A stretch of DNA of 63,999 nucleotides, filler included, from Collodictyon triciliatum (Eukaryota), in NCBI GenBank assembly GCA_043381765.1. It is 8 parts of 8 records of this genome, joined end to end, with 100 filler letters (N's around TTAATTAATTAA, not from the genome) between each part and the next. Parts side by side here need not be neighbours in the genome. Positions count along the whole stretch, not along the records: positions 8,029 to 15,947 come from JBHJMP010003670.1; positions 16,048 to 23,968 come from JBHJMP010003671.1; positions 24,069 to 31,989 come from JBHJMP010003672.1; 5 more parts are not named here. One strand, given 5' to 3'. The notes beneath the pieces were generated by a model. The model saw only the letters and a program-made list of their open reading frames with translations. It did no database searches and had not been told where the DNA came from. How positions within the stretch are numbered: the first letter of the stretch is position 1; every line of letters starts with the position of its first letter. Below are positions 13,745 to 24,274 of the stretch, piece by piece. The position numbers were made by a program, and so were the translations under genes.

Positions 13745-14470
13745 GTTGTTGTTGTTGTTGTTGTTATTATTGTTATTGTCCTAGTCAGTGTCACCATATA
13801 TGCTTTGAAAAGAAAACAAGCAGGTGTTTCCGATGAAACACAGAGAAAGACGGACAGAGAAGAAGAAAGAGGGAAAATAAGTAGACAGAACTGTTATGCC
13901 TCTATGATTGAGAAGGAGAATTAAGCAATAAGAGGTGATAATAAAACAAACGAAAAGGTGTTGCTATAATTATACCGTACCAGCTTCTTTGGCTGTGTGA
14001 AGGATATCGTTCGACCGAGCATTTCTCTTTCACTTAATAGAGTTATTATTTTGTTAGAATAAAATTGCAAAGCCCTCTCAACAAAATGACTTCCCGAGCT
14101 ATTTACTGTCAAGCACTCGTTGACTTTATTTTATTTTATTCTTCTTCCTTCCAATTTTTCATTTAAATTGTACTTGTTTGAAGTTGGGCTGAAAAAGAAA
14201 TAGAAAAAGAAATAGTAAAAGAAATAGTAAAAGAAGTAGAAAAAGAAATAGTAAAAGAAATAGTAAAAGAAGTAGAAAAAGAAATAGTAAAAGTAATAGT
14301 AAAAGAAAAGAAAAAAAGAAAGAGGGAGAGAGGAATGGGTTCATGTATGCTATTTACAGAGACTGACGGATCGGATAAGCTATGTTTTCTTCGGGCAATG
14401 CATCGTTACATTTTCTTCGCCCCACCCCGTCCGGTGCCGGAGTGGGTCTGCCAGTTTCAGTGATTGCCAT
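9340..14470 (-). CDS. Membrane-anchored class III adenylyl cyclase with one catalytic domain, multi-exon, spans an N gap
   Basis: Hydrophobic exons, then SERLLFNILP..ATILFADIVGF..EKIKTIGDAYMVVCGLP..IRIGIHSGGAVGGIVGLSKMVFDIWGENVNVASKMES. The K in EKIKT and the D in FDIWG specify ATP. Linking the 5' exons (12924-14470) across the gap is inferred. Confidence 0.88.
10354..10411 (-). mobile_element. Family A retroposon 3' tail with perfect 16-bp TSD, in a cyclase intron
   Basis: Plus strand reads (T)n-ccctttattcgattca, flanked by gttaacgtttgatgtt on both sides. Confidence 0.88.
13338..13413 (-). mobile_element. Family B short retroposon with 17-bp TSD
   Basis: Plus strand (T)n-attcttcctttcaattttgtgcaggatggtgga, flanked by actttcttatgtacgtt on both sides. 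Confidence 0.88.
13647..13778 (+). repeat. (TAT)n/(TGT)n microsatellite, intronic
   Basis: Read directly. Confidence 0.95.
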
Positions 14471-14813
14471 CTGTCACACGCCCCTTGCGACCTTGTGAAG
14501 TTGAACGGTCTTGGCCTTATCGCGCCTTCTGCAACAATCGACAAGGAAAAACGCCTGGAGATGGCGGGGCTAAGAAATTGTTTATAATTGGAAAATACTA
14601 TATTTATTAATAAAAATTTCAAATAATCCTACTTAACCATAAATTAATACATATTAAAAATAGGAATATATGCAAAAATATAATATAATAATTAGAATTG
14701 TCAGATTCCAGGTTGTGGTCTGTTCCTACATGTGGTCTATTGCCTAGTGTACTTAAATGGGGAGAGGCCAGTGTAGTTTTTTCAATTTAATCCTACATTT
14801 GAGGATTCGTCCG

Positions 14814-14897
14814 GCACCTGAAGCCCAGCACCTGAAGCCCAGCACCTGAAGCCCAGCACCTGAAGCCCAGCACCTGAAGCCCAGCACATGAAGCCCA
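14814..14897 (+). repeat. 14-bp tandem repeat (GCACCTGAAGCCCA), about 6 copies
   Basis: Read directly. Confidence 0.9.
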
Positions 14898-15345
14898 ACA
14901 CACACACACCCTAGTGCAAGAACCCGATTGCGCCTCCACAGGAGAGGACTGCGCTGCCACTTAGTAAGGTGAGACCTTCTCTGATCAACCCCCTCCATAT
15001 GCACACCCTGAAGGGTAGCTGAATGATGATTACTCAAACGACAAGCATATGTCTGAAATCTATGAGGACACTAACAATCTGACACAAAGCACACACCAAA
15101 TAACATCGCCACTATGTACATGGATATACCTACCCTAACGCAGTCTAAAGCACACCTAGGCCGTCAGCCTCAGTGACCAAGTTGCTGTCTACCTTATACC
15201 CAATGTCGGATGAACAGAGCTAGCATTAACAGCTGTTAGAGGACGCTGACCAGAACAACCTTCACGGCGCTTACAGCAACAGCGAACCGACCACAATAAA
15301 ACCCACACAACTAATAGAATTCGTTAAAGCTTGTGCCAGCCCGTC

Positions 15346-15493
15346 AATAAGAAAGCCCAGATTTTTTTTCCTTTATTCGATTCAAAGTGCCGCAAGGTTA
15401 TGCCATACAAAGGGGCGGGATGGAGCGCATGGGAGAGAGCAAACGCGAGTAGAAGACACTATCGTGGAGAGGGTAGAATAAGAAAGCCCAGAT
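15346..15493 (-). mobile_element. Family A retroposon, longest copy (about 114 nt), with 17-bp TSD
   Basis: Flanked by aataagaaagcccagat on both sides; about 90 nt nearly identical to the copy at 59806-59897. Confidence 0.9.
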
Positions 15494-16047
15494 GATAGGT
15501 ACACTAAAGCAGACAAGCGATAAACATCTGCACAGAGAAGATACAAAGGGCTAGCGGTGGCCCACTCCCCCCTGCCGCGGCCGATTTCTGTTCCACATCT
15601 GGACAGATACCGGATTGAAGTTTAAAGCCTTGGATTCCAGAAGCAGGCACTGAACGACTCGACCAAAGACAGGATCGTAAACAGAGCGCTTGAAGCGTGA
15701 AAAGGCGTCTTGTGGTTTATGGGTTGTGGGCTGAGGGTACTAATAAGCCAGTCAGACACGAGAAAGCAGCGCGTTGTTGAGACGTATGGGAAATGATATA
15801 TTAAAGCAACAATAAAACAAAAAATATATATATAAAAAAAAATAAACCAAGAAAAAAAACCAAGACAAAACAAAAACAAAAACAAAAACAAAAACAAAAA
15901 CAAAAACAAAAACAAAAACAAAAACAAAAACAAAAACAAAAACAAAANNNNNNNNNNNNNNNNNNNNNNNNNNNNNNNNNNNNNNNNNNNNTTAATTAAT
16001 TAANNNNNNNNNNNNNNNNNNNNNNNNNNNNNNNNNNNNNNNNNNNN

Positions 16048-16504
16048 ATTGTGGACCAAACAGGATGTCAGACGCGCTGAGTTGGTTGGGAGCATAATCA
16101 AGCTCAGAGAGCATCTTGTGGGTAGACTCTGTCACTTTTTGAGCAAGAGAGCACTTTACAAATGTGTGTTCGATAGAGTCATCTCCACTATGGCACATGG
16201 TGCATTCTGGGGAGGTCGTTGCTGCATGGACTATACACGCACCTATCCACAGTTCTCTGTCGGAGATATTGAGCAATAGGGCGCGGTGTTTCGGGAGTAA
16301 CTGAGGTATACGGGCTTGCTTCCAGCTTTTGACTATCGGCAGGTCTATAATGCCCATAGTTTCGACCCATTGACTCATTTTCTCCGGTTTGTATGGATTC
16401 GGGCCGATGATTTTATATCGAAACAGCTTGGAATATGCCATGGCCACCGAGAATTGCGGAGAGTCAGTGACTTGAGGTATATTAATCTCAAATATGCAAT
16501 GCAC
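16048..16504 (-). mobile_element. Non-LTR retrotransposon (L1/Tx1-like) ORF2 C-terminal fragment with zf-RVT zinc knuckle
   Basis: Intronless frame ..SWKQARIPQLLPKHRALLLNI..ECTMCHSGDDSIEHTFVKCSLAQKV.. with the CxxC-x7-H-x4-C motif; cut by the contig edge. Confidence 0.8.
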
Positions 16505-17571
16505 AATGTCCCCTCAGTCATGTTCATCGTAATTTTATGTGCTTGAAGGAATAAATAAATTCGGCTATTTTGATACTTATTTCATTTTTATTTCGACCAA
16601 AAGATGTGCGAAAAAATAGGTTCAGTCTTGGGATTAATATATTGATAGCCCTTTGTCAATCTTTGGGAAAATGAAGTCTTGTCCTAAATTATCGTATTTT
16701 TATTTAAAATATTTTTTTTTCAAGGATATCGTTTTTCGTTATTATCGCAATCATCTTTAGCGTCGTAGTGAAAAAAGTCTTTGTGATGTAGTTCATTACC
16801 TGATAAAATTCCCCCTTTCGACTGTGCAAGATGGTGAATTTTGACCGTGGTTTCCTGACCTGTGTGCATCTTCACTATTTAGGAGTCGGGTGGTGGAGGA
16901 TAATTTAGTTGACGAGAGGATGTCTGCGCCCAAAGGGCAAGGTACACATTTTATAAAATAATTTCCAGATTAGTAAATACGTAAGGTCTCTTTACACCGA
17001 CATTCCGTTGATTAACGGATTACAATTGTGGAATTTCCTGGCCAACATAAGCCTATCACCGGCAATAATTCTGTGATTTCTGCGTGATTTATATTTTTGT
17101 GTAAAGAAAGCAGCCATAAAGGGTTCAAGACCTGTCACCCGTACCACGATTTTCGTCACTGCACCGGCCTCCTCTCTTCTTTGGCTGCACTACCGTCCCT
17201 TACAGATGCAGTCTTTCATTTTTCCTTGAACCCTGGTTTCCTCTGTGGCCATGTACAACCTATTGGCCTCTGTCGCCTCATATTAAGGACGAGTGTATCG
17301 CTTAAAGCAAGCAGCGGTTATGTACTGCAGGGAAAGGAGAAAAAAAAACACTTTTCTTCTCCAATATTGGGATATCTTTTCGAAACTCGATCCCAGAATC
17401 GTCCCTAGTAATTGATTTGCTCACTGTTTCCACTTGGTCCCACAACCCCGCACCTTGCTCATCAACTAATCAAATATCTTCATCACTCCTATAGCTCCTA
17501 AACTTCGGCTCGTGTATTATATTTATTTATTTTGTCCTCGTGGCTCTCTTAACTCAAGACGATCCGTGCAG

Positions 17572-20493
17572 ATGATGCAGCGGCGTTTGGTAATTTTCCT
17601 ACTTGTCCTGGTGCTCTCGTTTATGCTGTCGTTGGGTTATCTGTGCGATTGTGATTTCGGTGTGCATATAAGAGGTTAGACGTTATTATGATGTCAAAAT
17701 GTGTTTAATTTTTACATATACACATGTGTATGATTTTTGTATCAGGTGATATTCCGCTTTCAAAAAATTCTCCCGCAGCCTTACTTTACCCAATTTTCTT
17801 TTTCTGCTCATTTTTCTTTTCATTTTTCTTTTCATTTTTCTTTTCATTTTTCTTTTCATTTTTCTTTTCATTTTTCTTTTCATTTTTCTTTTCATTTTTC
17901 TTTTCATTAGGATTATTAATGCTATAAAAAAACAGAAAATTTTGGTAAATGGGGAAGTAGCAAGATGCCTTTATCGAAATTCAAGTATTTGTCACTAAAT
18001 CACGCAAACGTGCGTATTTGAAGTGCTTTTCTTTGAAATAAAAACACGATTCATTTTTTTTTCATAAAAATGAGTTATCTCATATTAACCCTACCATTCT
18101 ATTTATTCAAAATGGGGAAGACCAAAGATTTTGACCTATTATTTCCTTCTTTTTTTTCCTCTCTTGGAGTGACAGCCTAACCGATTTGCAAAAAGGATTC
18201 ATTTGTAGTTAAAAAAATGGATGGGCGAAAGAGACTGGGAAGTGGCAGATATTTACTATATAACGGGAATTTTGGCAGTATCAATGCACAAATTATGTCT
18301 TTGCAGACCGCAGTGTGTTTGGCTAAAATGTCCAACAGAATTATATTATTTTCTGGATTCTTTACAGTTTCCCATAGTAGCAAGTAATTTTCACGTTTTT
18401 AATTAAATGTTTTTTTTTTATTCTTCCTTTCAATTTTGTGCAGGATAGTGGAGATGTTTGCTTTTAATTAATTAATTAAATGTTTGTTGTTAAGCCTACG
18501 TCAACAGTCTTTAATTAATCTGAGATAGTTTATGGTGGTGTAACATCGTAATTAGATTGTGCTTACATCATAACTAGTAATTGATAATTTATGATGCAGA
18601 AAGCTTTCGTACAAGTCCATTATGGACGTGGGACAAGCTGTCAGAGCAAGGCTTCCTTTGCTAGACTTAAGTGATGTTGATGATATGGAATATCTCAAGG
18701 TTCATGTTAAAGACATGGATGACTATTTTGACCTCCCTAATATAATGGAAGGTTAATCTCCCTACTTGACATGATTTTAACTTCATATTGTTCATTTAAT
18801 CTGACGAATAGTTGGTATATGCATTATATATTTCAATCCCAACAATAATTTTTTTTTGTTCTCTCATTTCATTCACGTATGTTTTGCTTTTGGTGTGTAG
18901 GACTTAAATGATATGAAAAAGAAAAATATGTGAGATCATTTAATTGAAAAATTCTGATGATTACCAATCATTGTATCAATTTAGATTTTGCGTCCACCTA
19001 TAAGAAGATCAAAGCTTCTCTGGATTCATCTGTTCATTTGGTACGTATCCTAACGGTTTAAAAAAAATCGAAAATACACGAGATATACGAAGTCTTTCTT
19101 TTCTTTATTCGATTAAAGAGATCCACTTCGTCTTTATTCCTATATATCATTCGAGTGGTTTACTTAAATTAAATTCATTTATTAATTTTATTTACCTCTC
19201 CACATATTTAGGTCAAGCTCCCTGTAGTATACTACTGGAAGTTGAACAGCGATAAAAGATGCTCGGCAGAGTTTGAAAAATATTTTTATATGAGCGTCAT
19301 TCCAAAAATTGAGATTCGCAAGGTTATTGGAGCGTAAATGAATTTATTGTTTTTTTAAGGGGTTCATGAAAGTTCTCGAATGCTCCAGCTCTTCAGTGAT
19401 TTGTTCTTTTATCCTTTTTTATATTTATATTTTTATTTTTATTTTTATTTTTATTTTTATTTTTATTTTTATTTTTATTTTTATTTTCCTCTATTTACAT
19501 TCCCATGAAAATGAGTGATTGAACATGAATGTCCAAAATAATTTTATCGTCGTTTTATTTTAGCCTAAAAAAAAAAGGAATAGAGGAAATCCCTCAATAA
19601 CTGAGATAAGATGGAAAAACTCATTAGGTCGTTGATGAATTCACGCTTCTTGTTCTACCTCCTCCATATGTATCAATTTATTACAGTGTGACAAAAAGAC
19701 ACTGCCGCAAATATGTCAATTCACTGGTTTCATTTATTCAGAAGGACGTAGGAGAATAAATAAATAAATCTAATTAATTTAACCATGATATGAATTATAG
19801 AACCACTAGGCCTATGATCTCAATTTATTAAATTAAAAATTGTCTTCTAGACTAAGAACAAGAAAATATTTTCATATTATCTTTCGTCGAAAGAAGAAAA
19901 GGCTGGTTCGGAGGTTACAAATATACATTCTTCTTTTTATTATTTTTTTTATTCTTCCTTTCAATTTTGTGCAGGATAGTGGAGATGTTGGCACATTCTT
20001 CTTTTTTATTATTATTATTATCGTGCGATTGCCATTGTATAGTGAGGAATTTACCAATTACCTTACTCTGATAGTATTTTTGCACTAACCACATCTCTCA
20101 ACTCCTTTTTATTTCAGGTAATCAGAATGGCCTTCAATACTGGTTCGTTGACCTTTTCTTGGTTGTCAGAAGAAACAAGGGCATTTGTTGATATGCTTGT
20201 TATATCAAAGTCCAATTACATCTACGCAGATGCGTGAGTATAGGCCCTGAATTTCATACAGAAGACTCATAGAATGAAGTCAATCGACTCGCAGAATTTG
20301 TCAACAAACCACCGTAGTGTTTATGTAATTACCAGTGTCATGGCAGCAAAATTCAGTGCATGAGTTTTCATTTTACTGTTTTTATTTTCTAAGGACCTCG
20401 GCTGCAATTGAAGGTGCAAATGGCTACAACAAATATTTGTATAGAATGAGTTCTCCAGTAACAATTCCAGAGTTAGACGTCGAGAGATGCTGA
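17572..20493 (+). CDS. Secretory-pathway O-fucosyltransferase-like (GT-B) protein, multi-exon
   Basis: Signal/anchor MMQRRLVIFLLVLVLSFMLSLGYL, then RYLLYNGNFGSINAQIMSLQTAVCLAKMSNRIILF..DDYFDL..RAFVDMLVISKSNYIYAD, resembling the O-FucT pattern. Internal exon phasing near 19700-20130 is ambiguous. Confidence 0.6.
18399..18485 (-). mobile_element. Family B short retroposon with 14-bp TSD, intronic
   Basis: (T)n-attcttcctttcaattttgtgcaggatagtggagatgtttgc flanked by ttaattaaatgttt. Confidence 0.82.
19925..20013 (-). mobile_element. Family B short retroposon with about 20-bp TSD, intronic
   Basis: (T)n-attcttcctttcaattttgtgcaggatagtggagatgttggc flanked by acattcttcttttt(t)attatt. Confidence 0.85.
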
Positions 20494-21079
20494 TATTTAA
20501 ACCATTGTAACCCCCACTGACTCTGAATCCCTGATATATCACACGGACAATTAAATTCACTTCATGACGCTGCCAGAATCACCGCTTCATGATGGTATAA
20601 TTGGATTGTTTTTTTTTTTTTTTTTTATCCCTCCCCTCGAACTAACTGATATTCCAAAGGAAAAAAATAAGAATTGAACCGACCCAAACAGACATAAACT
20701 CACATCAAGATTTTCACTTAGTGACTTTATTCGCAGGCAGTCTGTGGCTGAGTTGTAATCCTGTATTGTTTTGCTTATCACAATTCCTTCTCTCTTTTTT
20801 TTTTTTTTTTTTGATTCAAGGATTGTTTGAATTAATTTGAGCGCGCCCTCTGTAAACTCCCGTTCCCTAAATACCCAACGCTCTTTCCGGTGGTGTTGGG
20901 TGATTACTTAGATCTATATGCAGTATGCAGAGTAAATTATGTCATTTATTTGAGCAACCAGAGAGAAAAGAAGACAACATAGATATGTCTCCTGAATCAA
21001 CCAATGTACAAAAGTGTTTCAACAAGATTTTTGATTCATTGAAGAGGGCCATATGAGAGGAATGATATGTGATGCATAT

Positions 21080-22721
21080 TTAAAAGACTGACAGTTTTGG
21101 CCGAACACCAAAAAAGTATACTATGCCAGCAGCCAGAGCAACAGTGAGTGCCAAAACACATGGAGAAGGTGGTCTCGGTCTGTGGTTAGTTTATATTAGC
21201 TTTGCATGTTTTTCAGTGCATCCCCATAAATGAACTAATGACACACTATCATAATAGTGGATCTGGTCTGCTCATATATGCAAAGCACCAGCAAAGAATG
21301 ATGGAGATTGATTATCATATGGTTTTATATGTCACATACGACCAATTAGGAGAGTCTGGTACATCGAGGGGCCTCTTTAGTGACTCAAGGTTTTCTTCTG
21401 GTGCTGTCGGAACATTCAATTTTGAACTTTTACCGAGGCCATCGGATGCAACTTGGCCATCTTGTTTCTCGTCACTAGAGGTGAAGGCTTCCACCTCCAG
21501 TGCTCTTTTCGATTCAATGTCCGATCCCTCAGAAGCTTCTTGAAAAGCTGATGGAGTAGTAATCACGGCATGTGACACAAATCTCAGAGTGCTCCTATCT
21601 TGCTCAAGTATGGCTTCCTCTTGTATGGATTCTTGCTCTCGCTCTTGCTCATGTTCTCGAATAGCTTCTTGTTCTTGAATAGCTTCTTGCTCTTGTACTT
21701 GAGTGGCTTCTTGTACTTGTTCTTGTTCTTGAATAGCTTCTTGAATAGCTTCTTGAATAGCTTCTTGTTCTTGCTCTTGCTCTTGTTGCTGGGTAACTTC
21801 TTGTACTTGAGTGGCTTCTTGTGCTTGTTCTTGTTCTTGAATAGCTTCTTGCTCTTGCTCTTGCTCTTGCTCTTGCTCTTGCTCTTGCTCTTGCTCTTGC
21901 TCTTGCTCTTGCTCTTGCTCTTGCTCTTGCTCTTGTTGCTGGGTAACTTCTTGTACTTGAGTGGCTTCTTGTATGACTCCTTGCTCTTGTGTAGCTTGAT
22001 TTTCTTGAGTAACCTGTTGTTCTTGGCTATCAACGTGTCTATGAACTTGTATCTCATTTTCAGCATATTCTGTATCTCTGTATGCCTTCTCGATATGCGA
22101 GCCTTCCAAATCAAAAGAAACTTGAGCCTGGTCACGCTTTACTTCTGCATCCGCCTCGACAGTTTCTGAGCCAGAAAGTTGCACCTCATCGGCTGAGATT
22201 CCGGGTTGCTTCGAATCAGATTGCGCAAAGTGGGCGATGTTTGTCACGGAAGGGGAAAGCATAAACTCCGTAGCGTTCTGCGGCAGTGAACTCAGACTCG
22301 CTTTGGAGTCCAGCGTGAGGCTCGGTGGTTCGTGGGTAGGACTTTGGACGAGGGTCTTTGCATGAGTGACTTGGGCAGAATCTTCACGAATAGACGAACC
22401 AGACACAGTTGGAGAGGCAACAGGGGTGGAGTTTTCGTCAAGGAGCACCCAGGATCCACTCATCTCCTGCGCTAAAGTATAAGAACAGTTTGCATCCTTG
22501 TGTGGTAAGAAAGGCTACAAAGAGATGGAACTCAGGGGGAAAGTCCATATACAAGGACAAGGGAAAGAAAAAAAAAGTGCATAGGCAGCACTAGCTATAT
22601 GAGGGGCCATACACACCTTTCAAGCAAGAATAAATGAATCAATAGTAAAGAACAGTATGATGGTATTTTTTCCTTTTTTTTAAAAAAAAAAATATTATGT
22701 AAACTTACGCGCTTGATCCAT
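21080..22721 (-). CDS. Tail-anchored, disordered Q/E-rich protein with N-terminal LIR-like motif (exons 22721-22709, 22471-21340, 21179-21080)
   Basis: In-phase GT-AG splicing gives MDQAPQEMSGSWVLLDENS..(QE)n..PNWSPRPPSPCVLALTVALAAGIVYFFGVRPKLSVF*. Confidence 0.8.
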
Positions 22722-23626
22722 GCAGCTCAACTTTGTAATAAAATGCAAGAGGTGAAGTTTGTCTGTGAGCCTGCCAAAACGGCACGGAAGATGACGAAGA
22801 GAGAGTCATGTTGTGGAGTGGAGAGAAGGGCTGTTTTAGAATATCACAACGCATGTCTTTTATCAAACAGAGAAGGCACAACTTGACGCACTTTCCTGAT
22901 TGTTGCTCAGGCTGTGGAGCCCATGACATCCCAGCCAGAATGACACAGCCCCAACCACTGGTTATGTCCAGATTTGTCTGAATAGTGACGCATTATACAA
23001 ATGCGGAAAATATATTATATTTAGTATTTTTAGTACAATATTACCAATAGAGCCTTTATTAGGATATATTAATATCAGATAATGTATATATGTATATATA
23101 ATATCAAAAGCAGATGTGCGGGCAGCCTACAAACGCCATATACCTGACCGCCCTCAAACTCACATTTTTTTCCAGCTATGGCAGACCTAAGTTCAAAGTC
23201 TTGATCTATAAATAGAACAACCCAGATTGTTTCATTGAAGATGGTGTGAAATTGGCCGCTTTGTCTCTTTTCTCTTGTCGCTGGCCTTCTCGATCAACGT
23301 CGCGGTCGAAAGAAGAGAGAAAGAACATAGGAAAGCAGTTTCAAACTAATGGGAAAAAGGCGCAAAGGGAGGCTTGGCGATCCTATGCGAAAATCCTGCC
23401 ACCCACGAAAAGCAATGGCCAATAAGTCAAAGAAATGGGAAACGAGAATTTTGCCAAGGAGTTGGCCTGGACGTACTTTTTGTCCTGCTTGATAGGTCTG
23501 TGTGTGACGTGAGAATGTGTTGGATGAATCGGAAGGCCCCGATCACATGGCAACCAATCCGTCAATACCCGTCATAAAGCCCCTTCTTTGTTTTTTTTTT
23601 TTTTTTAATTTTTACTTTTGCGAATG

Positions 23627-23698
<72 letters not shown>

Positions 23699-23896
23699 GT
23701 CTGCACCTAATGTTGCTTTTCTTCGTACCAAAGCATCAATCTTGTAAGATAGCCTCCTGTGTTTTTCCCCCTCCTTATTTCTTCTCTCTCTTTTGTTTTC
23801 TTTTGTTTCGCTTGTTTCCTAATATCTAGTCTTTCTCTATCTTATGTTCTCTTTCATTTTAATGTACTCTCCACATGTCAGTTTATTTTCCTTTCA

Positions 23897-23949
23897 TTTT
23901 TTTTTTATTCTTCCTTTCAACTTTTGTGCAGGACCGTGGGGGTGTTGGC
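23897..23949 (-). mobile_element. Family B short retroposon, diverged, TSD unclear
   Basis: (T)n-attcttcctttcaacttttgtgcaggaccgtgggggtgttggc, homologous to the other B copies. Confidence 0.7.
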
Positions 23950-24068
23950 TTTTTTTTTTTCTTTTTTTNNNNNNNNNNNNNNNNNNNNNNNNNNNNNNNN
24001 NNNNNNNNNNNNTTAATTAATTAANNNNNNNNNNNNNNNNNNNNNNNNNNNNNNNNNNNNNNNNNNNN

Positions 24069-24109
<41 letters not shown>

Positions 24110-24274
24110 AACAAAAAAAAAAAAAAAAAAAAAAAAAAAGCAAAAGGAAGCTTATATTGCACCGATCGTCCTTGCTCTTTCCTCAAGCTTGGCGTCATGA
24201 TTGTGCGGCACTCGTTTCTCTTAATTGTCCGGGAGACTTGCACATATACACACCTTGACATATAGGCGAGGCGA

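Noticed and set aside
14814-14897. Regular repeat array considered as CRISPR-like
   Set aside because: Head-to-tail 14-mers with no spacers in a eukaryotic context; an ordinary minisatellite.
19095-19118. Degenerate family A-like sequence ttctttattcgattaaag
   Set aside because: No convincing TSD. It may be an old copy but is not counted.
21584-22169. Overlapping ORFs in other frames and on the other strand of the QE-repeat exon
   Set aside because: Shadow frames of the (CAAGAG)n coding repeat.
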